Source: Paragordius varius (Eukaryota > Animalia > Nematomorpha). Taken from it: a stretch of 64,000 nt of DNA. A program made the translations under genes and the position numbers. The notes under the pieces are model-generated. The model made no database searches. It was not told where the DNA came from and saw only the letters and a program-made list of their open reading frames with translations. Positions 49,476 to 62,941 of the stretch are shown here, piece by piece; within the stretch, counting starts at the first letter, position 1; each line of letters starts with the position of its first letter. The stretch lies in assembly GCA_964247055.1 (NCBI GenBank), contig OZ176052.1:248001-312000 (forward strand), in the 5' to 3' direction.

Positions 49476-49604
49476 TAATTAAAATGGAAAAAAACTTTGT
49501 TGCAGATGCCGCGAAAAAATGTAATAAAATTGCAGATAAAATCATTTGTAACTTATGCAGATTGTAAATTAAAAAAATTCACAAAAAGAAAACCTATTGA
49601 TATA

Positions 49605-49776
49605 CAGTAGCGTGTGGCATAAAACAATATTTGTCCATAAAAGAATAAAAAAATGTTTTTTTTTTAAAAAAATAAGTCTAGTTGTAATGTACATAATTTA
49701 TAATGTCCCTTTGTTTTTTTGAAAAAAAAAATTCATTCTTTTATGGACTAATAATGTTTTATATCATACGCTACTG
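49605..49776. mobile_element. Tc1/mariner-type MITE (172 bp)
   Basis: TA-CAGTAGCGTGTG...CATACGCTACTG-TA; same termini as the previous MITE, different interior. Confidence 0.85.
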
Positions 49777-51112
49777 TAGTAGTATTTTATTATTAAATTA
49801 CCAATAAGCGAAAAATAAAGCCGGTAATTTCTTTATTTAAAAGGGAGAATAATATCAAATGATAATAATTCTATGCCACCAAATGTGTTTTTATTTTTTC
49901 TTCAAGATGTAAAAAATACCTAAAAGGATAAATAAATTTCTACACTTCATCAAAATTACTTCTTTCCATGTGCGCAAATTTTATATTGTACAGTATTTTT
50001 ATGGGCATGCCTTCTTTTCATTAGAATATATTAGGGAAAAGATAATATATAAACGTAATTGAAACTTAAAATATGTTTTTGTTTTCATTGTTCAATCTTT
50101 TTTTATCAACACGTAATCAAGTTTTGATGCATAACTAAAATTATGAAATTGAAGAGCACTATATTTTCTATAACATAATAAATGCTAAAAGATTGTAAAA
50201 GAAAATCTTGTAGAGTTGTAAATAATCGATCCAATATTGTACATATTAGGTTGTTAAAAAACTGAAACTCATTTTAGATCTTAAATTAATATTTTATAGA
50301 AAAATCGCTAAAATGCAATTTAAATTATGCTGTAAGTTTTAAATTAAACAATAATCGCTTAAAATATTTACTATTATTTACCTATATGGCGGCTTTGTTT
50401 TGCTGATTACTGATGTTTTCGTTCTGGAAAATAAATTATTTATGTTTCAAATTATATTAAACATTATTTGGTTGAAATGCAAATGATTTTTAAATATTAA
50501 AATCTCTGTCAAAAGCGTTACACTGTATTTCAAATGCCGTCATTACAAGTATATTTAGCACACACTATCAAGATTATCTATATCTGTCCTAGCAAAATTA
50601 TATTTGTATGAAATTAATCTTTTTTGTATATTTAGAAGCCATTAAACCTACAATTTAAAATCGTCAGACTATAATTTTTGTATAAATCACATCGTATGAT
50701 TAAATAAAAAGACGTGTTTAATTTATATTGTTTGAAAATTTAAAATGGTTATCAGAGTCTGGATTTTAAGCGTTTTGAGTGAGGTAGACTCTGAACTTAA
50801 GACAAGCTTGGATCTTCATGCCCACTGGTTATTATTTTTTTCATTGCCTAGATTTTTGTTGTGCCCGTTTATAAAATATACTTTTCTTTCACGCTAATTT
50901 TTAATCACTTTAAAACGACAATAAAATATTTATATGGGCATTAAAATATGCAACTTAAAACGCAGTAAGTTGTTTTTTAAGATGATGGATAATGTTCCAT
51001 AAAAACTACTTTTACTGTGAATATAATTTTCCTTATCTTTATTTTCTATTGGTGCTTGATACGGTTGACTGCAAAAAAATTCACTTTCACGTTATTCAAT
51101 ATAAATATTTTA

Positions 51113-52992
51113 CAGTCATGTAGACTTTATATTGTTAAAGATTTACTTTTTTTCGTTAATTGGGTATTAATATTTGGTAAAGAATATAAAAACAAGAGCA
51201 ATATGGTATTACCATATCATATTCTCTAAAAAAGTAAAATAAGTGTGGGGGAAGGGCGTCGGAAATCTTTAGTAAAAAATGAAAATCTTAAAATATTGTT
51301 ATAGGGGAATGGTAATATTTTTGTTAATCTTTTAGCAATTATATGTTGATTTAAAAATTTATTTCGCACTACACATATGAAAGAGGATTGACGTCAGAAT
51401 TAACCTAATTAATTTGATGAATATTTTGTATGTTAAATTTTAAGAATATTACAGCAATTTATATTTGAAATATTGTTGTTACGTATTTAGATGCGGAATT
51501 TTGTGGGTTTTTATCTTTAATAATCTAATAGATAGTAAAATAGGTATTTTTATATTATTAAGGATTCAAAATTAACTTCAATTACTATTTTTCAACATGA
51601 TAAATACCTGTATTAATCGAAATTGGTTGTATTATTTTAAATAGTTGTTATTAGTAATTAAAATACAGGTTATATATTTGTGAAAATTTAGTTTATAGAT
51701 TGGTTTTGTTTTTATGTTTTTCATGGTTAATTTTTATGTCTTTACATTTTAATAAGGTATAAATTGCGGTTTTTAAATTTAGTCAAATTTAATTTTTTTT
51801 GTTTTTTATTTAACATTGTTAATTGTAATTAATTACTACATATTTGGAAATTTTAAAAAATACAGGTGAAAATGGCAGTTTTTAAAATTTAACATTTTTT
51901 GTATCATTGTTATTTGTTATTAAATAAATATTTTGGACTTTTAAAAAACAGGTGAAAATTGCGGTTTTTAATAAATTAGTAAAATTTTTAATGTTTTGTT
52001 CAACCTCGCTAATTTATTAATTACTATTTTTGATACATTGATATATACAGGTAAAAATTACTATCATTTGAATAAACTAGCAAGGTTGAACAAAACATTA
52101 AAAATTTTTTAATTTTATTAAAAACCGCAATTTTTACTTGTTTTTTAAATGTCGAAAGTATTTGATAATTAATAACAAATAACAATGATACAAAAAAAAT
52201 TAAATTTGAAAAATGTTAAAAACCGCCATTTTTACCTGTATTTTTTAAAATTTCCAAATATGTAGTAATTAATTACAATTAACAATGTTATGATAAAAAC
52301 AAAAAAAATAAATTTGACTTAATTTAAAAACCGCGATTTTTACCTGATTAAAATGTAAACACATAAAAATTAACCATGAAAAACATATAAACAAAACCAA
52401 TCTATAAACTAAATTTTCACAAATATATAACCTGTATTTTAATTACTAATAACAGCTATTTAAAATAATACAACCAATTTCGATTAATACAGGTATTTAT
52501 CATGTTGAAAAATAGTAATTGAATTTAATTTTGAATCCTTAATAATATAAAAATACCTATTTTACTATCTATTAGATTATTAAAGATAAAAACCCACAAA
52601 ATTCCGCATCTAAATACGTAACAACAATATTTCAAATATAAATTGCTGTAATATTCTTAAAATTTAACATACAAAATATTCATCAAATTAATTAGGTTAA
52701 TTCTGACGTCAATCCTCTTTCATATGTGTAGTGCGAAATAAATTTTTAAAAAAAATCAACATATAATTGCTAAAAGATTAACAAAAATATTACCATTCCC
52801 CTATAACAATATTTTAAGATTTTCATTTTTTACTAAAGATTTCCGACGCCCTTCCCCCACACTTATTTTACTTTTTTAGAGAATATGATATGGTAATACC
52901 ATATTGCTCTTGTTTTTATATTCTTTACCAAATATTAATACCCAATTAACGAAAAAAAGTAAATCTTAAACAATATAAAGTCTACATGACTG
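51113..52992. mobile_element. Fold-back element: ~0.9-kb inverted arms, 52-bp spacer, Tc1-like ends
   Basis: TA-CAGTCATGTAGACTT...AAGTCTACATGACTG-TA; arms at 51113-52018 and 52071-52992, near-perfect in the outer ~600 bp; no ORF of note. Confidence 0.93.
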
Positions 52993-54405
52993 TAATTTGC
53001 GATATATCTTAGCCTAAATCAAATTCAGTATTTTTAAATCTGTATTGCAGTCCAATGTTGATTTTATAAATCGGATTTTCAACTTTCTTTGCCGGCTCTC
53101 TATCATCTTCGATTTGTGTCTTTTCAAAAGAGAAAATTTATTGTTAAAATATCGTTGATGTCAAACGATTTTGCTGCAACAAAATTAGAGTCACTTTAAA
53201 AAACAAACATATAAATTTCCATATGTAGTATTTAATAAATATCTCAATAATGATTTCGCGACTCTTCCCCAAATTATTTTATTGTATTTCTGGGATACCC
53301 ACTTTGGCGATACCTCTTTAAAAAAAATCCCATATTAACCAATTAATATTAAACCCTTTTGACGGGTGCTTAACCTCAATTTACACTCCAAGCCAATAAC
53401 TTTATTTTACTTAGTTATCGATATTTTTGTAATGGTATTAAGCTTACGTAATTTTTAGGATTCAACAATAATTTCCAAAACTAACTAATATTTTCAGGAT
53501 TTAAAATTTATTATCCAACAAAAAATAATAAAATGCGGTCCAAAGATCGCTCACCCTCGGACCTTAAGTTTCAAATGCTTATGAAAAGGACGCTTAAATA
53601 TAATACAGTTGATGTAACCAATGTTATTGTTAACCCAAATAAGTAAAAAAATCTTTTTATTTGATTGTGCGAAAAAAGATAAAACGTGATGCCATAAATA
53701 AATCATTTATTGATAAAAGAGGTGAAAAGAGCTAACTCACAAAAAAGTATGCTTAAAAAGGTTTAACTGTATTTACTGTTCCTCAGATCTTTATTAACAT
53801 TTAGTAGTAGAAGAATGTCAGTAACAAATAAATTATATGTATGATCCGTATACCTTTTAAGGCATTTTTACCCCTGAGCGATAATAAAAATCAATAACTT
53901 TATGATAAATAAAAAAAGGATACTTATTTCAGACTTTTAGTATAAAAATAATTAAAATCTTTTTAATTACATTTTGACAACCAATTATTAATAATTAGAA
54001 AATAAGTCGTTTGTTTTAATTATCGATTATACTTGTACATAAATTTTACTTTAAAATACCTTCCTGTCTATATGTGTATCGTTTTTTATAATATTTATAC
54101 AAACAACAAACAAGTTTATAGCAATCGGAACACCTTCTTATGTATTTGAAGCAAGGGTCTCAAGTGTTAACAATGTAAAGCAGTAAGTAATTTGAAAGTT
54201 TTTACGTAATAATTTTATTAAGGCAATGTGATATAAATTTACACCAATAAGATACTTACATAATTCAGAATTATTCAAAAGAACCCCTATTATTTATAAT
54301 CTTATAAACTTTATTTATATGTTTAAATGTCTATAAAAAATACATTGTAAATTTGTAGGTCTTCAATCTATTCTAAATTGTTCTATATATATATATATAT
54401 ACATA

Positions 54406-54716
54406 TACCATTTACAATTTAAATTCACCCTTGAACGATTCAAATTCACCCTATAACAATTCGATTCACCCTCGAACAATTCAAATTCATTCTAAAATAA
54501 AATGTGTTTTTAAGATTAAAAAATACCTATATTTTTTTATATTTTTAAAAAATACAATTTCGTTTAAAATTAACATATTACTGAAAAAATAATAATTTAT
54601 GCCATTAGAATCTGCTTTTTTATAATGATGAAAATTAGCCCGAAAACACAATTTATTTTTAGGGTGAATTAGTTAAGGGTGAATTAGTTAAGGGTGAATT
54701 AGAATTGTAAATGGTA
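54406..54716. mobile_element. MITE-A
   Basis: TA-TACCATTTACAATT...AATTGTAAATGGTA-TA with AAATTCACCC repeats; ~60 bp downstream of the homeobox stop codon. Confidence 0.88.
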
Positions 54717-54777
54717 TATATATATCGAGTATGACCGGCATGATTTTCGTAAAAAATTTATTCAAAAATGTTTTTAT

Positions 54778-55603
54778 TCAAATTTGCATATATGTTTTAT
54801 GAAAATCGTAAATTTCAGATTGTGGCAACAGAGTCCTGTTGTTATTGAAATAATATAAATCTTGATGAAATGTAGACGAGTCGATTGCAATGTTATAATT
54901 TGAGTTTGTCGTTTGATAACCCTGCAAAAATGGTGTAATTGAAACAATCGGATTTTGATTCCATATTAATTTGGGATTTTTAACAGAGATAGTATTTGCA
55001 TTGGTTGTTAAAATCTTTGGTTCTAAAACCTTGCCAGTTAAAGATACTTTTTGAGATTTGGAAAATGCATTATTTGAGTACTTTTGCTTACTGCAAGATT
55101 TTATGGCGAGCAAATTGTGATCGTTTTTGCGATATTTTGCTCTTCGGTTTTGAAACCATATCTAGAATTGGATAGAACATTATAGTTTATTTATTAAATT
55201 ATATAATTAATTGATTTAATCTAAATGTTAAATTATCATATAATTTTGAAAAAAAATTGTTAAATTAATTATGAAAAATAAATAGAATGGAAACCACTAA
55301 TTAATTATATTGGTACATAAAATATTCTTTGCTAAATTCTATTACATTATATTGTTTTTGTGGTATAATTAATTTAATTAAGTTTAAAAATAAATAAACT
55401 TGAATTTTGGCTTCGTTTAAGTGAATAAGTTTGGCCAAGTCCTCCCGAGCATAAACATCTGGATAATGGGATTCTGAGAATGCATTTTCCAATATTTTTA
55501 ATTGATGTGGCGTGAAAGATGTCCTTTGTCTCCTATTTGGACAACTATGTTTCTCTACAATGTTGCACGATTCTATATCAGAAAAAGCGGTTCTTTTTAA
55601 CAT
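54778..55603 (-). CDS. PRD-class (Q50) homeobox gene; exons ~55603-55400 and 55161-54778, intron 55399-55162
   Basis: Spliced homeodomain [45 protein letters not shown]|[12 protein letters not shown]; GT-AG phase-0 intron at the conserved PRD position between codons 46 and 47. Start codon uncertain (55603 or 55642, or further upstream exons). Confidence 0.9.
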
Positions 55604-55688
55604 TAAACAAAATATATATATATATATATTGGGTGCAATCAATCATTAATAAAATTGTGTATTATCTAATTTTTTTACATGTAATATA

Positions 55689-55807
55689 CAGTAGTTTAAG
55701 TATAAAAATAAAGTTTGCCCATAACTAAATAAACAAAATTACTGTTAAAAGATAGGAATAAAATTGTATAATTTCTACCATTCGTTGTTTTTTACTATAC
55801 GCTGCTG
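55689..55807. mobile_element. Degenerate CAGTAGCG-type MITE
   Basis: TA-CAGTAGTTTAAGTATAAAA...CTATACGCTGCTG-TA. Confidence 0.5.
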
Positions 55808-56996
55808 TATTTTTTCTATAAATGTTACAAATATTAAAAATCTCACTTTTCAAGAGTTCATATGTCACTCAAATTTTTACATAACTTATTTTCTATCTTA
55901 TAACACATAACAAGTGGTAAAATTACATTTCAAAACTGTCATTATTAATTAACAACTTCCATTAATTAGGAACGTTATTTTTTCAACACTTAAATGAACT
56001 TTTGAAAAATTTTATGTAAAAAATTTAAAATGAAACTTTTTTAAAAACAATTTGACATGTCTATTAATTAGGGTTTTAAATTTTTTTGTTTGATAACTAT
56101 ATTATTTTGAAAGCTTAGAAAAAGATTAAATGACCACTTATAAAGATAAGCATACAGAACTTGAAAGGTTTTTATTTAAATTTTTAACTTCAAAGGAATC
56201 GTCACCGCAATTTGATTAGTCAAACCATTTCAGCCGCTAGTCAAGTCCCCAATCTTGTCATAAATGGACAATCGCGGGCGACTATGGTTTTTCCTCCTAA
56301 AAAAATAATTATATAGGGAAGTACATGTAAATTTGTTCATGAATACATTGATTTCCTATGTCATCTCAGGAGTATTTTAATCCACGAAAACGATTATTTG
56401 TTTAAAATGTTGGAAAAGGGAACTCCGAATAATTCTCAAGAAAGCACGGCTGCTAATGATAATGCTGCTAATTTGCATCTCATCGATATGAAGCGAGATT
56501 ACAATTTGAATCAAGTTATTGATTGAGTTTTTAAACTCTTTTAGATTTCAACTGGCAACAGTTTTTGTTATGAAAATTCTGTGAAAGAATTTGAATGGTG
56601 AATATTAGCTATCTTATGTGCCTGTAATTGAAAGAAATAAATTGTTTTTCCATTTTAATTTATTGTCAACTTTATTTATATTATTGCTTTTATGTTAAAC
56701 GATCAACGAAATTATATTGTTTCTTTTAAAGCAATAATTATAAATATGGTAGCAAAGATGCGTCATTTTCAAGGTATTTTTAAGCCATCCATTTTGTCAC
56801 AATAATTGTTTTAAATAAAATTACTATATAATTATAACAAAGGCAAAATAATATTTACTATCTTGCATACTATATCAGCTAAAAAAACTTTCACTAAAAA
56901 TTATTCTTTTGTTTTATTTCTCTTCGTTTCCAAATTTGGCAACATTGTTGTACACATACATTGTTTTTATTCTTTGTTGCAAAAATCGTGATAAAA

Positions 56997-58045
56997 ATGC
57001 AACCAAATTATAAATCCTGCCCACATTCATTACATGCACATTGTTTTACAAGTCCAGCTTTTTGTGATTTTTGCGGTTCCATGATTTTTGGTCTTATTCT
57101 CCAAGGGCTAAAGTGCAGTGGATGTGGAAGGCCGTTTCATAAAAAGTGCGCTACAAAAATCCCAAACGATTGTTCCCAAAGCCAATTGTTTAAGCAACGG
57201 AATAATTATTCGAGAAATAACCAGGAGGATTCAAATAATTTGGGAGAAACAACAGCTGGTCGAATTATATCTAATCCTGTCGGCAAGGTTTAGTTATTTA
57301 AAACTTTCAATCCATTTGACCGCTGATATGTTATAGTTTTTGGATTAATTAGACATTATAAAGCCACATATTGTTAAAAGTAAGCAGGTAGATCCGGTTG
57401 TGTCACATAGCTTCTTAAATAAACGTAATTAATTTGGCCAAAATAGCATTATATCACGTTCAATTACAGCGTATGGTGTATAACTTGGTGACAATAAAAT
57501 TAATTTATTAGAGAATTAATTTTTTTAACAATAAAACTTGAGATTATATTGATAATCTTGAAAACTAAAAGACAATTATTATCAAAAAGATAACAAACAT
57601 ACCTTTTTAAACCTTCATTTTACCAATATAAATAACTTAATTATATTTTTGTAATTTAGGTTTGGGGTAACTAATTTTCCCTTAGGTTTAAAAATATGAC
57701 CTTCAAATTGTTTAAACATTTCTGTATAATTTCTATTTTTATTCTAATTACCATTGCTGTTTTAAACACACACTATCAGTAAAACAACGCAATTTTTTAT
57801 ATATTATAGAGTGATTTTGGAATAAAATCAACAACTGCCCCAGAAGACATAATTGGTAAATTTTTACACATTGTATTTTTCAAAAAGCTTTAATTTGATA
57901 TTTTTTTTAAATATCTCTCAAGATTCTGAAAAACGAACGCTAGGAATAAGCCACAATCTAGAAGCTCATACATAAGTTGCGACCATTTGCCTTTCCTGTA
58001 AAAAATTACTTTTGGGTCTCAGAAGACATGGATTACAATGTATAG
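56997..58045 (+). pseudogene. Protein kinase D-like N-terminal fragment (C1a and C1b), probably disabled
   Basis: C1a [50 protein letters not shown]; phase-consistent exons 57337-57387, 57810-57855 and 57923-58045, the last giving HNLEAHT*VATICLSCKKLLLGLRRHGLQCI; two in-frame TAA; no kinase domain seen in the window. Confidence 0.75.
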
Positions 58046-58496
58046 GTTGGTTAAAACAGTTTTCAAAATATTGTAAAAAAATTTATTTTTCAAATATTGT
58101 AGTTACTCCGGCCGATAAAATATTGTTTAAATATGAAGTCGGTTGAATTTTTTTAAGTTTAATGATTTATTTATGGTTATTTCTTAAAATAGATGCCTTT
58201 CCTATTAAAAATAAACATAAAATGCAAACAATTGACCACAAAATTACATGCCATTTTACTTGTCTAAAAAATATACTTTTTGATTCGAATAGGATAGAAA
58301 ACAATTGAAAAAAACGTTAAACATGTATTAAAAATTAGTAACGTTTCTTGAAAAGCTATGTACAATTAACGAATAGTTTTTATAATTGAGTTTTAATTGC
58401 ATGTCAATAATTTTAGTTTTTTACCAGCATTTTAGTTTGACCATATTTGTTTGGTGTTACACCAACCATTCATGTTTCATTGAAAATACTTTTATT

Positions 58497-59463
58497 ATTC
58501 CAAATCTTAAGTGAGGCAACGTTCCCGGCGGACTGGAACAAATCACTAGCGGTCCCTATATTTAAAAAGGGCGATCCTAAAATATGTGATAATTACCGCA
58601 CAATAGCATTAATCAATTAAACCTCAAAAGTGTTCCTAAAAATATTACAAAACCGTCTACAAACATATGTCAACCCGGAAATCTCAATGACGCAGGGCTT
58701 TAAAGAAAAAAGAATGCCGAGACATGATCTCAAACATTAGATGTATAATGGAAAAAAACTGTAAATTCCAAAATTACACCTATGCTTCGTGGATTTCTCT
58801 AAAGTTTTCGATACCGTTCAACATGATATTCTCTGGAAGGCCCTTAAACAAATAGGAGTTTCCGATCACTTAATCATATTAATTAAATCCATCTACTCCA
58901 ACTCCTGTTCCCAAGAAATATGAAGACACATAGCCATCGCTAAATGCGCTCTAGCCTCACACTACAAGATATGGAAATCTCATGACATAAACCTAAAAAC
59001 AAAAATCCGACTAATAAACGCATTAATATTTCCTATCATGTTATACGGATGTGAAAGCTGGACTATCAAAAGTGAAGACGAAAAAAGAATAAACGCTTTT
59101 GAAATGTTTTGCTGGAGAAAAATACTTGGTATAACATGGAAGGACAAAATAAAGAACATCGACATCGTAAATAAAATTAACGCACACACAACGCTTCGGG
59201 GTAAAATAATAAAACAAAAATTCGGTTACTTTGGACACATTATTCGGGGACATTCTTTGGAAAAGGATATTATGTTAGAAAAAGTAAATGGCAAGATAGG
59301 AAGAGGACGAATACGTATTCGCTGGATAGACGAAATCTTATCACTTTCCAAATTGTCACTGCAAAAACTATCTCAAAAAGCTCACGACAGAACCGAGTGG
59401 AGGAAGTTTTACTACAAAATCGCTAATGGTCGATACTAACTACAAGCTCAACAACAATAATAA
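58497..59463 (+). mobile_element. RTE/BovB-like LINE remnant with an internal deletion of the RT core
   Basis: PIFKKGD..NYRTIAL, CFVDFSKVFDTV, then YGCESWT..AFEMFCWR..YFGHI..GRGR.RIRW; tail of short CAA/TAA repeats. Confidence 0.9.
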
Positions 59464-59999
59464 AATTAAATATAACATTAACAATTATGCATTTTGATAA
59501 TTTATGCTTAATATTTAATTTAAAAATATTTTAGCGTGCCATTTCAATTCTTGCAGGAAATGCGCCCACAACCTTCGACCCGATTGCATCGAAAACCAAA
59601 CTTTAATTCATTCTTAATTTGAATCAAATTCGCTATAAAATTTTATATTTTATTGTCTATACAAATCGATCTATGCACTTTAACGAATATCACGATTAAA
59701 TTATTTATTTATCATTTTTATGAAGAGATCGGAAATTCTATTTTCCCAAAGGATTTGCATCAATGTTGTAAATGGTAATTTTATACATGCAACATTCTGG
59801 ATTATTCTATTATATAATATATAAAAAGTAAGAATTCCAAGAAAAACCTGATTGTGATATATTAAAATTTCGTTTAAAATTTTGTGCAAACCCTCCTAAA
59901 AGTAAAAAACGAATTTAAAACGGCTAAATAGGATAATAACGGTGTGCCAAGCTATCATGATTTTTTAAAAAAATGTGCTAAACTGAAGTTTATCACAAA

Positions 60000-60497
60000 T
60001 TAAATTTAACATCTTTATTTCTGGAAAAACCTTTTTTTGTATCTTTTTGGTTAAACTACCTTAACATTTAAAAAATAGTATTTATAGAACATGGTGTATA
60101 TAACTGGTTGCAGTTTAAATTCTGAATACGATTTCTACTTAAAAGCCATTACAAAAAATTTGCAAAATATCATGTTTATTTGATTCTAACGTTAAATTAA
60201 AGCTAATTTTTATTGATAGAAATAGCAAGAATGGTTTTGTATTATTATTCAATTTATCAATGCACATATGTTATATTGATTATATTTTTCCCTTTATTAC
60301 ATTAAAAAAAGAAATATTAAGTATTTTTGAATAAAATTTAATATATATTTCGCTTTATCAATGTTATATAGGTGCAAAATTTTGCCACTTTCGATTCCTT
60401 CTGTGTAATTTAAATTATTTAATTTTAAACAGGCCTGGGGTATCCAACTACCCCAATTTAAATCGAAAAACTGAAATGAATGTCTTGTATCCAAGTG
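60000..60497 (-). mobile_element. piggyBac-like MITE, other end degenerate
   Basis: Ends TTGTATCCAAGTG-TTAA; interior matches the family. Confidence 0.75.
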
Positions 60498-61103
60498 TTA
60501 AGTATTGATTAATTTGGACTTTATTGAACGGATGCATATTTTTGTATCATTTGTCTCAAAATTTACTCATTCAATAAACCCTATCTTTATAATGTATGGC
60601 TAAACGTGAGGGAAAAATTATCAAAAAGGGCTTAGTAATTACAAAAAATACTTTATTAAACCTGGCCTACACGTTTTTAGGAAACATCGTTCAAACTTAA
60701 AATTGGACTTCTATTTTTGAAAAAACCCGATTTTTACACAGGGTGGAACAAAACAGAGGGCCTAATATAAAGTCGGCGTATTGATAAATGATTGAATATT
60801 TTTTACTTTTGCAATTGGAATGGGCATACGTTTTCCCCAAGCTTTAAGCTCAAACCTCTTATTTTTATTAATACATAGATTAACTTTGGAAAATTTTAAC
60901 TTACAATTTATTTGATATTTTTTTAGTTTTATACGAGGTATTTGTTATTATCTAATTTCATAGCGCGAATTTTGGATAAAGTTAAAAAATGTCCAAATGA
61001 TAAGTTTTTATATTTTCAGGAAATGAGGCTTTGATAATAAATTTTAACCAGAAAACTTTCAGAAACAATATTTTGTCTACTTAAAGCACTGGTCTGTAAA
61101 CTC

Positions 61104-61432
61104 GTAAAAAAATCAGATAATACACAAATTTATTGATGATTGATTGCACCCAATATATATATATATATTTTGTTTAATTTTAAAAAGGACGGCTCTTTCT
61201 GAACGAATCATGCAACATTGTAGAGAAACAGTTGTCCAAATCGGAGACAAAGAACATCCTTCACTCCACAATTGAAAATATTGAAAAATGCATTCTCAGA
61301 ATCCCATTATCCAGATGTTTATGCTAGGGAGGACTTGGCCAAGCTTATACACTTAAACCAAGCTAAAATTCAGGTTTATTTATTTTTAAACTTAATTAAA
61401 TTAATTAGCCACAAAAACAACATATGTAATAA
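61104..61432 (+). pseudogene. Inverted partial duplicate of the homeobox gene's first homeodomain exon
   Basis: Matches ~55345-55680 in reverse; [45 protein letters not shown] with a 3-nt deletion, E17K and an upstream frameshift; second exon absent. Confidence 0.88.
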
Positions 61433-61444
61433 ATTATAAAAAAA

Positions 61445-62388
61445 TTAAACATTACACGACTTAAACTTGATTTGGAGGTGATAAAAAATCATATGATCAA
61501 ATAAAACTTAAAGATTTTGCAAGTGTGGTGTAGGGCACACTAGACAGATTTAGAAATATGGATAAAATTATTTTGGAAACTATTTATGTATAAAATGTAG
61601 GTTTTATATGTTATTAAAACCTTTGTTAATAATATAAATTTTTAATCTAATAAATTTTGGCTAATGGACTTATTCAAATGGGGTGAAAAAGGGGATAAAT
61701 TTTTATAATAACTCTACTAATATTTAATAAAATGCATATAAAAATGTGCTAAATATATCGATTCCGTGAACCCGCAAAAAAATTCTCGAAAATATCCTAA
61801 AAATAATATTAAAAATTAATCTTGTATAATTTCGAATCTGCGTTAAATAAACGCTAAAGGTTACTTCACTATTCATTAACTAAGTTAAAGTATTTATATT
61901 ATAAATTTATTTCGAATGTAATGTTGATAATCAATAATAATAATATGTTATATTGTATAAACATCTTCCCATTATATTTGCAAATGGACTCCTAACAAAT
62001 GAGTAGTGTGGTAAAATAATAGAGAGTATTTTAAGAGCGAATGGTATCATCAACTTAATAATTATTAACGGGCTTAATATGTAGAAAAATCTATGATATT
62101 AAATAAGATACGTATTAAAGAGTTTGAGAAACTTCAATAAATGCATATTGTATTAATTGTTTATCTTTTGGTGCCTTATTTTATATTGTTTGGCTGAAAA
62201 TCATCAAAATAATTTCGGCAAAATTCGAACGGGTGGCAAAAAAATGTTACATTCATAAGCAAAAGACTTGACTTAAGTGTATTTTTTTTTCACTGATCTT
62301 CAAGTATACACTTGCTGGCTTAAATAAACATGCTCAACTTAGCACACTTGACTTACAAGTCAAGTGCGACTATTTTATCACCCCACCC
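61445..62388 (-). mobile_element. Non-autonomous deletion derivative of the Harbinger element
   Basis: 62040-62388 matches 38528-38900 in reverse including the TIR; 61445-61780 matches ~41040-41330 in reverse. Confidence 0.75.
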
Positions 62389-62941
62389 ATAATATTTTAT
62401 GAAAAATTTAGCTATATTTTATGAATGAAGATTTAGCTTTAACCAAAAAAAATTTAATATATTCGCAAATTTTTCTATTTTCTGATATAGAACTCTTGCC
62501 ACAAAAGTGTAACTACACGTGTAAGCCTATCATTCCTGCATTTTACTATCGTAATATAAATATTTCATCATTTTATCCTTATAATACTAGACAATGTTTG
62601 ATAATTATAATAAAATAGGTTTAAAACCAGTATTATAGTTAAAAAATTGAGCTCTAAGATATGTAACTTCCCAAATATGTCATCGCGGACAAAAAAGTTA
62701 AACAGGTCATAAAGTGCTAATTCAAGCAAAAATTCATGAGGCTTGAATGCACTGGCAAAATTAGACAAAAATATAAATCTATAATTTTCAAATTAATATA
62801 TTATGTTATACTTTAAATGCTGTTCGTAATCCACATGGTTTTATTTTAATTTATTTTACAAATAGATATTTTTTAAATACTACATATTTTCGACATGCTT
62901 CCACCATTTTTTTATTATCGCGCATTTCTTCTAGTGTTTAA

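Noticed and set aside
55400-55535. Naming the homeobox gene Vsx/ceh-10 or aristaless
   Set aside because: No CVC or OAR motif is visible and similarity is spread across several PRD families; phylogeny is needed.
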